In this document: positions 13,564 to 26,312 of the stretch, in pieces | Layout: every line of letters begins with the position of its first letter | Numbering within the stretch: the first letter of the stretch is position 1 | DNA from: Squalus acanthias | Taxonomy: Eukaryota | Direction of reading: 5' to 3' | Length of the DNA stretch: 64,000 nucleotides | Assembly: GCA_030390025.1 (NCBI GenBank) | Contig: CM059437.1 | Location: 19,654,001 to 19,718,000 of the forward strand | Notes under the pieces: generated by a model | Told to the model about the DNA's origin: nothing | Seen by the model: the letters and a program-made list of their open reading frames with translations, nothing else | Database searches by the model: none | Position numbers and translations under genes: made by a program

Positions 13564-14765
13564 TTGTTTATGTTGGAATGGTTCATCGAGAATACTTGGA
13601 ATCTTTTGATGGGAAAATTCAATGACTTTACTGCTGTTATTTTTTTTATAATTGATACAATTTGAATTCGGAGTCTAATTTCAAATGTCAAATGAGAAAA
13701 TAGTCTCGACTCACCATGCACTACACAAATCTTTAATTGTTCAATATTGAGACCTGGAGGACGAACGCATTAGTTGGTATTAGCAGGGATATATCCAGAT
13801 TATGTTTCAATTTGATGGAAGTAGGAAAGCAATCTGTTTATAGCTGCCGAGGGAAACCTTGTGATCCTGCAGAAGGGTAAATGGATTCAAATTTCCTGCT
13901 GTGCCCAGCTTCATTTGGTGTCTAGTTTCTTGCTGTGCTGAATATAAAGATAGATCAGTAGGAAAGGAATTTTGTATTTACTTTTTGTTATTGACTGAGA
14001 ACCAAGGTTAAGAATTTTGCTGAACTATACGCAAAAATGTAAATTGTTTTAAGCGGATCTCCACTTATTACCATTTATTTATTGTCCCTTCCCAGTTTCT
14101 TTGTTCTTTCTTAGTCCAGGTTCTTCTCTGTGGGCTCTAACTTGATGAGATAACTTTTTTTTTATTTGACAGGTTGTACCTGCTGCCTTTTCTTTTACCC
14201 AAGATATTCCATTTACTGTCAATTTTGAGATCTTGTCATTGCTCAGATGCAAGTGTTGGCAGGCTCACAGCCAGGGTCGTCATAATCTCCACGAATGTGC
14301 AGTAACTGTCAATGTACAAAGGAGTTTACTTTTTTAATTTAATGATTTGCAATTGAACATGTTTCTCTGAGAAGATATTGACACGATATTTGAAAGTGAC
14401 AATAATGGAATCTATTGTGTTTCTTTTGCCTCTTCAATATTATTTCTGCAATTGTCCCACTAATCTGGAAGTTAGCTCATGCTTTTCAATTTTTCACCCT
14501 AATTAAGATGTACTGTACTACTTTCACTTTTAGGTTTCCAGGTGTCACACACGAGAAGTTGACCAGGTTACCTGGCCTCAAACCAGTAGCAATGCTGCAG
14601 CTAATCTCATGTCTACATGATGCACCATTTGAATTTTTCCCCCTCCTTCCATTTCCATAGAGCAGCATCTAGTCTTTCCTCTTGCCCTTTAATGGCATGG
14701 CAAGATTCAGATGTCACCCTCTGGGAAATCTCACAACATTTCACATCATAATACTGTTTATTAAG

Positions 14766-15195
14766 GTGTCAGCTGTGGCTCAGTGGGTAGCACACTTGCC
14801 TCTGAGTCAGGAGGGACTTGAGCACATATAGGCTGACACTCCAGTGCGGTGCTGAGGGAGTGCTGCACTGTCGGAGGTGCCGTCTTTCGGATGAGACGTT
14901 AAACCGAGGCCCATCTGCTCTCTCCGGTGGACGTAAAAGATCCCATGGCACTATTTCAAAGAAGAGCAGGGGAGTTATCACTGGTGTCCTGGCCAATATT
15001 TATCCCTCAATCAACATAAGACCAGATCATCTGGTCATTATCACATTGCTGTTTGTAGGAGCTTGCTGTGCACAACTTGGCTGCTGCGTTTCCCACATTA
15101 CAACAGTGACTACACTCAAAGTACTTCATTGGCTGTAAAGTGCTTTGGGAAGTCCGGTGGTCGTGAAAGGCGCTATATAAATGTAAGTCTTGTCT
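14766..15195 (+). mobile_element. Deu-domain SINE (SacSINE1/AmnSINE1-related)
   Basis: tRNA-like head gtggctcagtgggtagcac; core gagggagtgctgcactgtcggaggtgccgtctttcggatgagacgttaaaccgagg; tail ggcgctatataaatgtaagtc. Confidence 0.85.
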
Positions 15196-15641
15196 TTTTT
15201 TTAATTGTGCAGCAACATTTCATCAGTCATAAATAGGCTTTAATTTCTGATGGGCTTTACTCTACTGCAATGATTTCCTAATTATTGACACTTGCCACAG
15301 CAACCACCTTATGGGCAAGTCCACTCACTGCCTCCTAACCTCAATCCCCACTTTCTCTCTCATATTTTAACTTTGACTGCTGTTTCAGGCAGGAAGCCAC
15401 TTTTAATTTACAAATTGGGGTCCTATGGCCCTGATTTGCACTTCTGAGATACAAGTGGGCAGAGCGTGCGTCGCACACGCTCCGCTCATATGTACCAGCA
15501 TTGAGTGGTCTAATCACCAGTCCTTAAAGGGACTCAAAAGGGACTGAAGGCCACTCAAAAAAAAAAAAAAAAAAAATGGCCCAAACCCATTTTCATCTTT
15601 AAGTTATTTAACAACATTCCATTATACAAATAAACTCGTAG

Positions 15642-16086
15642 TGTCAGCTTTGCTTCAGTGATGGCATTCTCTGCTCTGAGTTAGCAGGTTGTGCGTTCAA
15701 GCCCCACTCCAGAGACTTGAACACATAATCTAGGCTGACACTTCACTGAGGGGATGCTGCACTGTCGGAGGTGCTGTCTTTCAGATCAGACATTAAACTG
15801 AGGCCTCACCTGCCCCCTCAAGTGGATGTAAAAGATCCCATGAAACTATTCGAAGATGAACTGGGGAATTCCTCTGGTGTCTTGGCCAACATTTATCCTT
15901 CAAATAACACCACAAACAGATTTATTTGGTTATTTATCTCATTGCTGTTTGTGGGACCTCACTTTGTGCAAATTGGCTGCTGTGATTGCCTACGTTGCAA
16001 CAGCAGCTACACTTCAAAGGTACTTCACTGGCTGTGAAGCGCTTTGAGATGTGCTGAGGTGCTGTATAAATGCAAGTTCTTTCTTC
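15642..16086 (+). mobile_element. Deu-domain SINE
   Basis: Same architecture as 14766, more diverged. Confidence 0.8.
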
Positions 16087-17148
16087 CTTGTGCTAAATGT
16101 TTTTCAATTATTTTACTGTGGTACTGGAAAATACTACTTGGATGATTTGGGTAGCACAACATCAAATATCCTTTCACATCTGAAGCTGGGTTGAATCAAC
16201 TACAGATGTAAGAGATGAAATTTACCCTTCTCTGTCAGTTGCAAAGATTCTATAAAAATAGACTTGATCTCATTCCAAGCTCGCACAAATTGATAGAATA
16301 AAACTTCTCATGATCTGGCACTAAAAAAGTGGGAATGTGGATAAGGCAGAAGCTTGGGTATTATGGAACAATCTTTACCCTATATCTAATCTATGCTGTA
16401 TCTGACCTGCCAAGGTATGAGAGTCCAATGTAAAAAAATCATCTCCCTTTATCTTTTTAGCAAAGAAGTAGATGTGAGTAGACAGTGATGGTTTACCATG
16501 TTATACTTGCTTGTACTTTATCACTAAAATTGGTGATGAAAGCATTTAACCCCACTCCCCTGTGTCTTGATCAGTATAACAAAACATGTCACAAACAGGC
16601 ACATTACTCACTGCTTGACCAGGAGAGCATTTTAAGAACAACCTTGCCTAAATTAACTTTCCACTCAACTGTGTTTTGAACTCCAATTGGGGAGAGGGGA
16701 AGATGACATTTCCAGTACCAACCACTGAGGGAAAGTCATGGAAGAAAATTAACATCAGCTGAGAAGTTTTATGTGTGAACCTTTTCCTGCACCAGTTTGC
16801 CTACAGGATCCACATCCAGAGGTGTGTGTTCCAAAAGAACAGGACTGAAAACTCAGTCATCTATTTTCAAATCTTCCCTGTACCTGTACTGGTAAATAAC
16901 TACTCCTTTTTAGAGAATGCATTTTTTAATGTGACTGAAACTATTAACATTGTGTAATGGTAGCTGTACAGTGCCTGGCCTTTAAATAATTAATCTCAAT
17001 TGATGAGAGCAATCTTCTTACACTGACAGCTCAGATTGTATTGATAGAAGTATCCAGTTATAACATCTTATGTGGTCACATCAGAAGGGTATGTCAGGAG
17101 AAAGCAGAAAATCATTGGAAGGAATTTCACATGTGACCATCTCAGCTC

Positions 17149-17219
17149 TATAAAGCCATCAGCACTGAACCAGATCCTTCAGATCGGAAGCAGCTTTCAC
17201 CCTTCAGAGTGGGGTAAGT
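17149..17219 (+). promoter_or_regulatory. Candidate TATA + initiator core promoter and short non-coding first exon (17181-17213) with GT donor
   Basis: TATAAAG at 17149-17155; YYANWYY match TCAGATC with A at 17181 (32 nt downstream); GGG|GTAAGT donor at 17214. Possible partner acceptor tactcactgttacag| at 19170, upstream of the LRR ATG. Confidence 0.4.
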
Positions 17220-17324
17220 GATAACCAGACTGATTTTATACCGATATATATGATATCTGTATTGAGACCTTCAGCCCTAGTTACCCATGTGTTATTAATC
17301 TAACCAGTTGTTGCATTGACAAGT

Positions 17325-17445
17325 AAAAAGCAAAATACTGCAGATGCTGTAAATCTGAAATAAACACAAAAAATGCTGGAAACACACTGGGTCAGTCATC
17401 ATCTGTGGAGAGGACAAGTAAGTTTGTGGTTCAGGTATGGGCCCT
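17325..17445 (-). mobile_element. Penelope-like element terminal fragment
   Basis: aaagcaaaatactgcagatgctgtaaatctgaaataaacac... is the reverse complement of 53110-53203. Confidence 0.65.
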
Positions 17446-18244
17446 GAAAAATAAGAGGCAGACAGGCATATTAATACAATCTGAGAAAGGGGAGGGGGAG
17501 ATATATAATGATTGATCTGCTGTATGTTTCAAGTATTGGTGTTTTTGTTGGATTGTTGGTTATCAAAATATTGAAAAGTAAGCAGTCATTTCTTTTATTA
17601 GTCAGGACTGATCTGAAACAGCATGTTACATGAAGGATATATATTAAATGGGATGCTGTCGATACTTTGGACATCTCCCTAAGGATGAAAGAAAAATGTC
17701 AATGCTGATCAAAATGCCCGGGAGTTTTTACAATCCAGTGTCTGCCTACACAACAGTCACTGGCACGACAAGAAACAATTATTAGTGCCTTGAGCTTTTT
17801 CAAATATTTGTAAATGCAAAATTATAAGCATTGTCATTTACAGAGCACAGATTGAGTTTGGAGAGCCAAACAAAGCTAGTTAGAGAAAATGCCTCCTGAA
17901 AGATTAAAATTTTAACCTGCCCTTTTTTAACTCTTAATTTTGGCAGCAGGAAATGGCATGTGGGAACGTCAGACATTCACGTTGCAGAGGTTTGCCTTAT
18001 CAGTGTCCTTTTCTTTCTGGAAACTGATCTGTCTTGCAATGAATTTGGGGGTTTATCCACAAACTATCTGTAGCACTGCACTGGTATAGAATTACATGAA
18101 TCAATTTATTCATGCTTAAGTTCATAAATTCAAAAACAATCAAAGTCCCAAACTTCTAAGTGACAGCAATGGCCTAATTTTGGATGATACATTCCTATTG
18201 TGCCTTGCTGGTGAAAGATACATGCACAAAAGCGGCCAGACTTG

Positions 18245-18935
18245 AATCAGAGAATTTTAGAGTACAGGAAGCCAGTGGGCTCATTGTACCTGTGCTGATG
18301 CTGTGAAAGGGTTATCCACTTAGACCCATTCATTACCCTTTCCCCAAATCATTTAAAATTGTTCTTTTTCAAATATTTACCAAATTCTCTCTCAAATGCT
18401 ATTATATATTCTGCTTCCACCACTGTTTCTGGTGGGACATTGAGGGCTGGAAATTCGTCTCGGCCGGTATCGCCCGTTATACACAACGCCTGATATTCCG
18501 TTCCATTGCAGTTAATTAAACTGAATATCAGGCACTCCTAACAATTGGCCGATCCAATAGCGCCCGTTTTGAGCCACTGCCTGAGATAAATTTCTACCCC
18601 TCAATGTCTTAATAGCCCTCGTCACACAAAATCTACTAACCATTTCCTTCATTCTTTTGGTGATGATCTTAAATTTCTGCCCTGTAGTTACCGACTCACT
18701 AACCAGTGGAAATAAGTTTTTTTCCCAATTTACTTTGTCAAAACATCTCATAATTTTGAACACCTCAATTGGATCTCTTAAACGGTCTTTGTTCTAGTGA
18801 AAAGAGCCTCAGTTTCTTTGGTTGCTTCTCACCCCTGGTATCACCTTGTGAATCTCTTCCTGGTCCTTTGCATATGGTCCTTCCTAAAGTAAAAGGTGCC
18901 CAAAACTAGACAGTGTCCAGTAGGGCCTAATGATT
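18245..18935 (-). mobile_element. CR1 LINE 3' fragment containing a nested MITE
   Basis: Minus-strand remnant FKIMRCFDKVNWEKNLFPLVSESVTTGQKFK (CR1 ORF2 C-terminus). Confidence 0.7.
18444..18600. mobile_element. Short MITE inside the CR1 fragment
   Basis: Termini gggctggaaatt / aaatttctacccc; internal inverted repeat gcctgatattc...gaatatcaggc. Confidence 0.7.
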
Positions 18936-19577
18936 TGTATAGTTTAAATATTATCTCTGTTTTTGTACTCTATTATACACATTTAATTTTATTACATAAT
19001 GGCTGGGAAAACCTACTAATTTTGCTGAAGTGGGGAATGAGAGGTGGTGGGAAAGGATTAGCACAGCAGCTGTTTATTTGGCAGCAGCTTTCTGTGCCAT
19101 CAATGACTGGGCTATGGAAGAAATGCTTGGCATTCTGTTGTGTAATGCGTTGTTTTACTCACTGTTACAGTGACTGATGGGACAAGAAGATAGTTGTAGA
19201 TTTGGAACCTTTTGATGAAGCGGTCAAAAAGCTCAAACGGCAAGGGATGGAATAACCGCGACAAAGAGTGAATTTGTCAGAAATGAAAGGCAGGCAAGCG
19301 AATATACAGAAGAAAAAACCAATAATTTGAGAAGGATAAGTTGGACAACAACTGACAAAAAATGGAAATCACACAAACCCTGCACTCTAACCTATCTCAA
19401 TGGTTCAACTATTTTGCAAGACATGGTTAAGATGACTCAATTTAATGGAATGTAAACTATCCTTAATTTATATGAGGGCGAGTTTCTAAACTCATTAACC
19501 ACCTACTTTTGGAATTTGTTTCTCAATCTGCTAAAAGCCCCATTTTTCCAAAGCAACCCATCTGCTGAAAATTGAAG

Positions 19578-20650
19578 ATGACCATGCATCCGGTTGTCAT
19601 CAGTTGCCTCGGGGTCTTGGTAAGTGTCCTGCAGATCGAAGGGTTCAAAATGTGCCCCCACCGTTGCTCCTGTTACGATTCCTCCCATTTCGTGGACTGT
19701 AAAAGGCGCTCTCTGACTTCCATTCCAAGGAATGTCCCGCACGGTACCTGGATGCTAGATTTCAGATACAACAACCTGAGTGAAATCCCCACCGGTTCTT
19801 TTAGTGGGCTGTGGTCCACGCGGATACTCCTGCTGGCTCGCAATCGAATCCAACGCATCTACTCGGGAGCTTTTGAATCTTTGTGTTTTTTGGAAAAACT
19901 GGATCTAAACCAAAACCAAATAAAAGACCTACCAGGGGATCTCTCGGATAGCCTGCAGCACTTGATAGAACTGAGACTGTCGAATAATCACATTGAATAC
20001 ATACACTCTAACAGCATGCAGTATCTGGAGAACTTGGAGAAACTGGACTTGAGCGGTAACAGAATCACATCCCTGGAAACGGGGGTTTTCAAAGGCTTAT
20101 CCAAACTACGTCATCTGTTCCTGAAAAACAACAGATTGAGTATCATTGAAACTGGATTCTTTGTCATGCTTCAAAGTCTGGAAGCTCTACACTTGGAAAA
20201 TAATAACATTACAGCCATCCAGGGAGAAGCCTTTGCCCCCTTGCGTAGTTTGAGCCTATTGTGTCTCGATGGAAACTATTTAAATCACATCAAGTTCAAG
20301 ACGTTTTTGAACATCCAGACCCAAGGCACTCATCTGCAGCTTGCGGACAACCACTGGACATGTGACTGCGATCTTCAGAGAGTGTTTGGCAAGATCTTAA
20401 GTGTCGCCACCTGCATGTGGATGATTATGGCAACATCACTTGTTCAGCCCCTGGACAGCTCAGCGGCTACCCTCTGGTGACCGTGGACACTCAGCTGTGC
20501 ATCGCCGAGACTGCCACCGTCCTGGTGATAACTGGCACCGTGTTGGTCACTGTCATCGCTGCCATCGTCATGGCCGAGAGAAACCGCAAGAAAGCCAGGA
20601 GCAAGAACTGGAATGACAGCGATGGGCCCTTCGACTCCCAGGAGAAGTGA
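19578..20650 (+). CDS. Uncharacterised type-I membrane leucine-rich-repeat protein (signal peptide, LRRNT, 8 LRRs, LRRCT, one TM helix, short tail); interrupted by a -1 frameshift near 20405
   Basis: ATG at 19578 (second ATG in ACCATG context at 19584), hydrophobic leader, CPHRCSC...VDC cap, eight LxxLxLxxNxI repeats, then NHWTCDCDL. The rest of LRRCT (RHLHVDDYGNITCSAPGQLSG...C), the TM segment (TATVLVITGTVLVTVIAAIVMA) and a basic stop-transfer (ERNRKK) lie in the -1 frame, ending at TGA 20648-20650. Repaired length is about 357 aa. Confidence 0.85.
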
Positions 20651-22255
20651 TTTTTTTTGGAAGTACTGTAATCGTTTGGCTCAAAGAAGTCAGTTTCCAT
20701 TGAGGAGATTTCCTGCCAAATAGTTGCAGCGTTGGCTCAATGTAGGATATCGTATCATAAAACATAATCTTCCAATAAAATGCTCATGGTGTATTGCAAT
20801 CACCACTTTCTGAGAAACAAACTGCCCTCTTTTCCTAGAAACATTTCACGTGGTCCTTTTATCTCCTAAACTGTCGGGATTAATAATGAATCATTTGAGA
20901 GCGGGACTAGTGTTGTTTTACCTTCAAGGGGACAGACTTTCCTGGGATGAAGGGATTATTTTGTGCTAACAAAATTGCACCCCCCCCCAGCTGTTACGGT
21001 TTATTTATTGGGTAAACGTTAATTTTTCTGTATATTTTTAACCCATTTTCTTCCCGTTGCTTTCTTACAATTAGCAGGGACCATGGAAAAACAGAGGGAA
21101 TGAAATCTGGCACTTGAACCATCTGCTGCCGTTGGCCGTGTCCAAGCAGACTGGGCACTGGTAGAGGAGGTCTTGGAGCCCATTATCTTGGGTAGTGCAG
21201 GGCACTTGAAGGAGAAGAGACAACTAAAATAGCGAAAACAGATTCGGTGGAATACATATACAATGTAACATTATCAGAGCACTAGTAACTGCTTAGTCAA
21301 TGTGGGGGCTCAATAGTCTCGAGTTACATTGCTAGCTCGCTAAGTAGGGAAAATTGAGCTCTTTGGATCTGTGCCTAGAAGTCCACGCAGAACTTTGTTC
21401 AACAGTATCCACATGCCGATAAATTCTACTGTTAGCGAAGAGTCAGCTCACTGCTAACATGGAAATTTTAGCAAGTTTCCACTGGGTTTTAAGGAGGTTT
21501 CACAGTTACATTCACAGCAGGTGTGAAGTTAATGTGATACAAGACTGCTTGCTCCCTTAAACTGTGACCTAACATTGGAAGCCCCGTCACTTCAGTGACT
21601 TCACGTGAAACTGCAATACATGCTTTACTTCAATGCAAAACTGAAACAGGTTTGCATAACTGATCTAGTCAGTGACCATTTTTTAAATATATCAATTTGT
21701 GTATTTTTAATTAGTTCTTAAACTTTCCTCCTATATAGGAGATTTTTTTAAACTCATAAAGCTAGTCTTTTTGATGGACATTATTTACAAGTGAAGGCTA
21801 ACGATTGAGTTTTATATAAAGAAAATAAAATGACTGAAATCAATGCTCAGAAACAACTTGTGTGTTGCAAATTCTAGACTATTCACTTTTTTTATTTTCA
21901 TATGGAAAAGCACTCGTTTTAGCTTTAGATCAAAGGAGCGTGATAATCAACACGATTAATTAAAATATTTTCTGCTTAAGTATCGATAATGGCTTCACAC
22001 ACTAATCTTAGTTTATTTTCTTTAATATTTCTTTTCAGTATGTTTCCAATTAACATTTTGATTTTATATTTCTGATTTCACACTTAAAGTAAAGAAATTA
22101 CCAACACATTTACAGCGAACGAGCTCAAAAATAATTAATGCTCAACAGACCCTAACCTACGTGCAGATATTACTCGGATTTCTAGAGCAAACGAGATGCT
22201 GGTGACTCTGCAAAAGACTATCCACGCTTACAGTGCACAAAGCCACAATCACTAT

Positions 22256-22358
22256 AGCAAAATACTGCGGATGCTGGAAATCTGAAATAACAACAGAAAG
22301 TGCTGGAAACACTCGCCTGACCTGCTGAGTGTTTCCAGCACTTTCTATTGTTATATCA
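22256..22358. mobile_element. Penelope terminal fragment with inverted duplication (hairpin)
   Basis: agaaagtgctggaaacactc / gagtgtttccagcactttct perfect 20-bp inverted repeat with a 12-nt loop; sequence matches the Penelope end at 53110-53203. Confidence 0.75.
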
Positions 22359-22596
22359 CAATTTATTATTTGATTGACTGAAAATTACTGCCACACACAA
22401 GCAAATATCCAGCAGGAATACCATTATTCAACCCCAACCAACACTATCACCGGTATTAAAGACCCCTCCCCACCATTTCATCCTAACTAATCCCAGAACC
22501 CAGGGCCAAACAAGTTGCCTCCGCCCCTCGACCTTGCATTGCTCCCAGGGCAAGCAGCTTGATGTGGTGATGTATTCCACCATGCAATCAAGATGT

Positions 22597-22923
22597 CGTC
22601 GTCTTCTTAGGCAGTCCCTCGGAACCGAGGATGACTTGCTTCCACATTAAAAATGAGTTCGCAGGTGACTGAGTCCAATGCAGGACCTACAGTCTCTGTC
22701 ATAGGTGGGGCAGACGGTGGTTGAAGGAGCAGGTGGGTGGGGTGCTTGGGTTGACGTGCGCTCCTTGCGCTGCCTGCGCTTGGCTTCCGCTTGCTCCCGG
22801 CGAAGAGACTCGAGGTGTTCGGCGCCTTCCCGGATGCTTCTCCTCCACTTTGTGCAGTCTTGGGCCAGGGATTCCCAGGTGTCGGTGGGGATGTTGCACT
22901 TTTTCAAGGCGGCTTTGCGGCCT
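22597..22923 (-). mobile_element. Young RTE-clade LINE 3' fragment with 12-bp TSD
   Basis: KKCNIPTDTWESLAQD...CPTYDRDCRSCIGLSHLRTH; perfect direct repeat caatcaagatgt at 22585-22596 and 22924-22935. Confidence 0.9.
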
Positions 22924-25489
22924 CAATCAAGATGTAGGGGAATGAGCACTCTCATGAAATGTCTGTGATTGTACACCTAAATATACAATGACCGTATTAA
23001 ATATTTATGTAAATGCACCCTTAATCATACAATGTATTCATAAAATACATGTGAATGTACACCTATGTGTATAACTGCTTCATAAAACATATGTATGAAT
23101 TTACACCTACATTAGCTTTATAAAATATATGTATGAATGTACAAACAGAATTAGGCATGTAAACAAAAAACATGGTAAACAGAGGAAAGCTTCCTGCTAT
23201 GTTTATGATGTTACTAGACACAGTACTCGGAGGAAATCTTCCCACAGCTTCTGTAACAGTTCTAAAAAATATATATAATCTTCATATTTGATCCTTTAGA
23301 TAATGGCTATTGCAGGTCATGAATTAAATGGGGCTTACCTAATGTCACAGACTGTAGCACAAAAGACACTCTGCATATAATGAAGACTGGCTGCCTTTTT
23401 GATTAAAGGGATAATACACAATAGATTTATTGATGATTCTGACTGACTAAGAGCTATATTGAACCATTCCTATCAAGTGATTTTGCTCAGCCTTAAAAAA
23501 TCATGATACAGTTTTGAGTGATTCAGTTTTGAGAAGGACATTCAAAATGAATAAAACAAAGGTGACCCAATGGAGAATATGTGAACTCTGGACTCCCAAT
23601 GAAAAAGGTCCCAGGATTATGTATCATTAAGACAGATGTTGGTACATTATACAACTCTCACGGGGACTGCTGGACAGAATGTTGGCTGATAATGAAAATT
23701 CCTTCGGGAACAAGGAAGAAAATTGTACATTTTGACATTTCTGTTTTCAATGTGGCTTCTATTTATTAACCTGAAACTGACTGGGAGAATCACTCCCAGG
23801 CTACTGTTATGCATCACTTTCTAGCCAGTTTAAAGCGGTGTTGGTGAAAGCCTAAAAAGATTTTTAGACAAGCTGTCTCAGCTGTAGGTGACACAGAGAC
23901 CACAAAGGGAGAAGTGATAATTGAAAAGAAGTGAGTCTTAATTTAAATGACAGACCTGATTGAACCGAGTAATCCCAGTTAAACTATTAAATTACTTCTA
24001 GTTCTAGCCTTTGAATAATTTATTTCAAAGGATGGGTAAGAAGGAACACATTTAAATAATTATGTTTCTTAATAGAATAAATTTGTTTTCGAATGTTTAC
24101 AAACTGTTATTTTCTGAAGGCTGAAGGTATTTTTTTGTTCCAATCCCAAAGATCTGGTGCAAGATTTTTAAAAATACATTGACAATGTACTGCTTTGGGC
24201 ACCTGTCTGAATATGCACCCTTTTTGACTTGTAAAGACAGTTTTTACTGGCATCCTAATGGCAAACGACATGAAGTTAGTAAACTGAAGAGAACCAGAGA
24301 GAGGGATTTGAGAGTAATGGACGCTGAGTGGTCCTCAGTACTGCACCTGAGCAAAGAGAAAACCAAGCATGAAACTCAAACTCCTTTTATCTTGGTCCTC
24401 GGCCACCATCTCCCATACGGCCTGTTTCCATGTTGTAATTTCTATGCAATTCTATGTAATTATATCAAGCCTCAACTGCACTGCTAGGTAGAATATTGTG
24501 TAATGATGCACCCAGCCCTCCACTAATTGTACTTGAATTGGTCACAAAGAGGTGCACAAGAGCCTTGGGAACTGTTCTCCCTCTTAATTTCTCTCGTGAC
24601 ATCCTTGATCAACAGGTACTACACTGAAGAGAGAGAACTGTCAAAGTTGTGCAATAAGTTCAACTGATCTGTGGTGTGCTAATTCTGAGCTGCTAATCAC
24701 ACGAGGGTGACATGATTTTATTATAGGCTGAAAATATGACATTTATTTTCACAAACATTCAATATATTTTATGATCAACACTGTTCAGTGAATTCTCTTC
24801 CTGGATTGAATCTACAAAAAAAAATCTTTTTAATAGTTCTTATATTTGCATTCACAAAGCTGAGGAGTTCCAGGGAATAGAACACTTCTTGTTCCAAGTA
24901 TTGCTTACAAGCACTCCCAGCAGTAGTCTGCATCATCAGTGGCAAAATTATATGGGGCTCCCAGGTCAAAACCCACAATTCTCCCCTGATTGTCCTTCAT
25001 TTGCCACACTGAAAATATACTTAAAAAAAAGCATGGAACAGTACAATTGTTCTGATATCTTGCTCAGTAGTAAAGAAATACATAAGTACACGTGGTTGGA
25101 CTGGTGTACCATATTCTCGCTAGGTCTGGCATTTGGTAATGCTGTTTATATTTCCATGGAGGATGCCTATACTGTTACATACAGACACACACACAATAGG
25201 CTGCCTTATGCCTTGCATTGCTGTTTACCTTTGAAAGCAGGCAAGTCTTCACCATTTGCAAATGTGTGTGGCTGACTAAGGCTATATCAGCCTGCTCAGC
25301 ATAAACATAGGTGCAACATGTACGCCAGTATAAATGCCATATTTTCTGGGAATGGAGAATTCTAATGATGTGCACTATAGATAAACACAAGTACTTTCCT
25401 ATTTTGTACTTTAAAAAAAGTTCACACTTTTCCTGATTTTTCTCCATCTCCCCTTGATGGGTGCTGGCCATCTTCCAGTATCTTGCTCG

Positions 25490-25785
25490 GGTGCCCTTGC
25501 TGCATCTGTAAATCTCGACTGAGTATCATTCGGGTATTTAATTACAGGAGACACCATGGCTAAGCCTGATACTGTCCTTACTTGACATTCACACGCTTTC
25601 CCGTTTGGGTAACTAGATAGCAATCAGGAGCTGGAACCCTGGCTAATTCTCATGTTCCTAAAACAGAGATGAGTCTATTTGTCATGTTTCCAGTGCTGCC
25701 CCAGCTGAGACTATTAAATTCAGCACACACTGTGCATTGAACTCTCAAACTTCCTGGCCATATGGCTTAGTTCCACATTGGGTAG
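25490..25785 (-). mobile_element. LF-SINE-like SINE
   Basis: gatagcaatcaggagctggaaccctggctaatt...gctgagact...tcagcacaca. Confidence 0.6.
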
Positions 25786-25989
25786 TGTTCTTGAACTTTT
25801 AAAATTTAAAATGTTATACCTATGTCACTATATCACAGCTTAAAGAAATAGTCGACAAACACAATTTAAAGTTTAAAAAAAACTTTCCTGCTTGATCAAT
25901 GTGTGCTATTTGAACTAACCTTTTGCAGCTGGATGTTCCAGATGTGTTTGCTGCTGAAGAGGAAAGTCTTATATTTACATATGGTTTCA

Positions 25990-26312
25990 TCATGTTTCTC
26001 AGCACTTCACACAAAATGAATTAACTCGAAGCGTAATCGCTATTGTTATGAAGGTAATTTCTGAAGCCATTTTGTGCATAGCACGATCCCACAAACAGCA
26101 ATGAGATGAATGACCAGTTAATCTATTTTTGGTGGTATTGGTGAGGAAGAAATGTTGGCCAGGACACTTGAAGAACTCTCTGCTCCTCTTCATATGGAAT
26201 CTTTTACTTCTGTCAGTACTGCAGTGATATATCAACCTAGATTATGTACTGAATTTATGGAATAGAGCCACAATCTTCCTACTCGGTGTGCTATCAACTG
26301 AACCAAGCCGAC
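25990..26312 (-). mobile_element. Deu-domain SINE (degenerate)
   Basis: cccacaaacagcaatgagatgaatgaccag...tgttggccaggacac. Confidence 0.65.

Noticed and set aside
1-19000. LSM12 or PYY exons expected from human synteny
   Set aside because: I found no matching peptide by eye in this region; a very short exon could have been missed.
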